Source: Thermoanaerobaculia bacterium (GTDB lineage Bacteria > Acidobacteriota > Thermoanaerobaculia > Multivoradales > UBA5704). From it: a stretch of 16,272 bases of DNA. The stretch is taken from contig JBGAGQ010000098.1 of assembly GCA_044226625.1 (NCBI GenBank), forward strand, positions 1 to 16,272, in the 5' to 3' direction. The notes under the pieces are model-generated. The model worked only from the letters and a program-made list of their open reading frames with translations, was not told where the DNA came from and made no database searches. The translations under genes were made by a program, and so were the position numbers. Shown one piece after another: positions 16,230-16,272 of this stretch. Numbering within the stretch: position 1 is the first letter of the stretch; each line of letters begins with the position of its first letter.

Positions 16230-16272
16230 ATGAGCCAGACGGACCTACAAAACAGAGTTCTGGAAGCGGCCG
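16230..16272 (+). CDS. Start of an unidentified protein (MSQTDLQNRVLEAA...), truncated by the window
   Basis: GGGAGG RBS at 16218-16223, ATG at 16230, frame open to the window end; too short to assign a function. Confidence 0.5.
   Translation, partial: MSQTDLQNRVLEAA

Overview
High-GC bacterial chromosomal segment; gene content and repeat style suggest Acidobacteriota/Thermoanaerobaculia, which is an inference only. It is mostly housekeeping genes on the minus strand: a YbiT-like ABC-F ATPase frameshifted by a 79-bp tandem duplication, an MFS transporter, an APC permease, a DUF6526-like membrane protein, 3-hydroxybutyryl-CoA dehydrogenase, a Zn-ribbon/coiled-coil/TPR protein, proS, a RelE/ParE toxin-antitoxin pair, an LCM-family methyltransferase, glutamate dehydrogenase, and a YtrA-type GntR plus ABC ATPase operon facing away from an OxyR-like LysR gene. 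The stand-out is a standalone 69-aa plus-strand gene (3870-4079) that looks like a RiPP (lanthipeptide-type) precursor. It has a KKLxLxRxTL...GG leader and a 45-aa core with 9 Cys and 10 Ser/Thr, plus its own RBS, a candidate ECF promoter and a downstream hairpin, but no maturation enzymes lie in the window. Other notable items are a ~120-nt rod-like hairpin upstream of proS, a three-hairpin REP-like element near 15.85 kb and several well-formed regulatory sites. No rRNA, tRNA or CRISPR array was seen.
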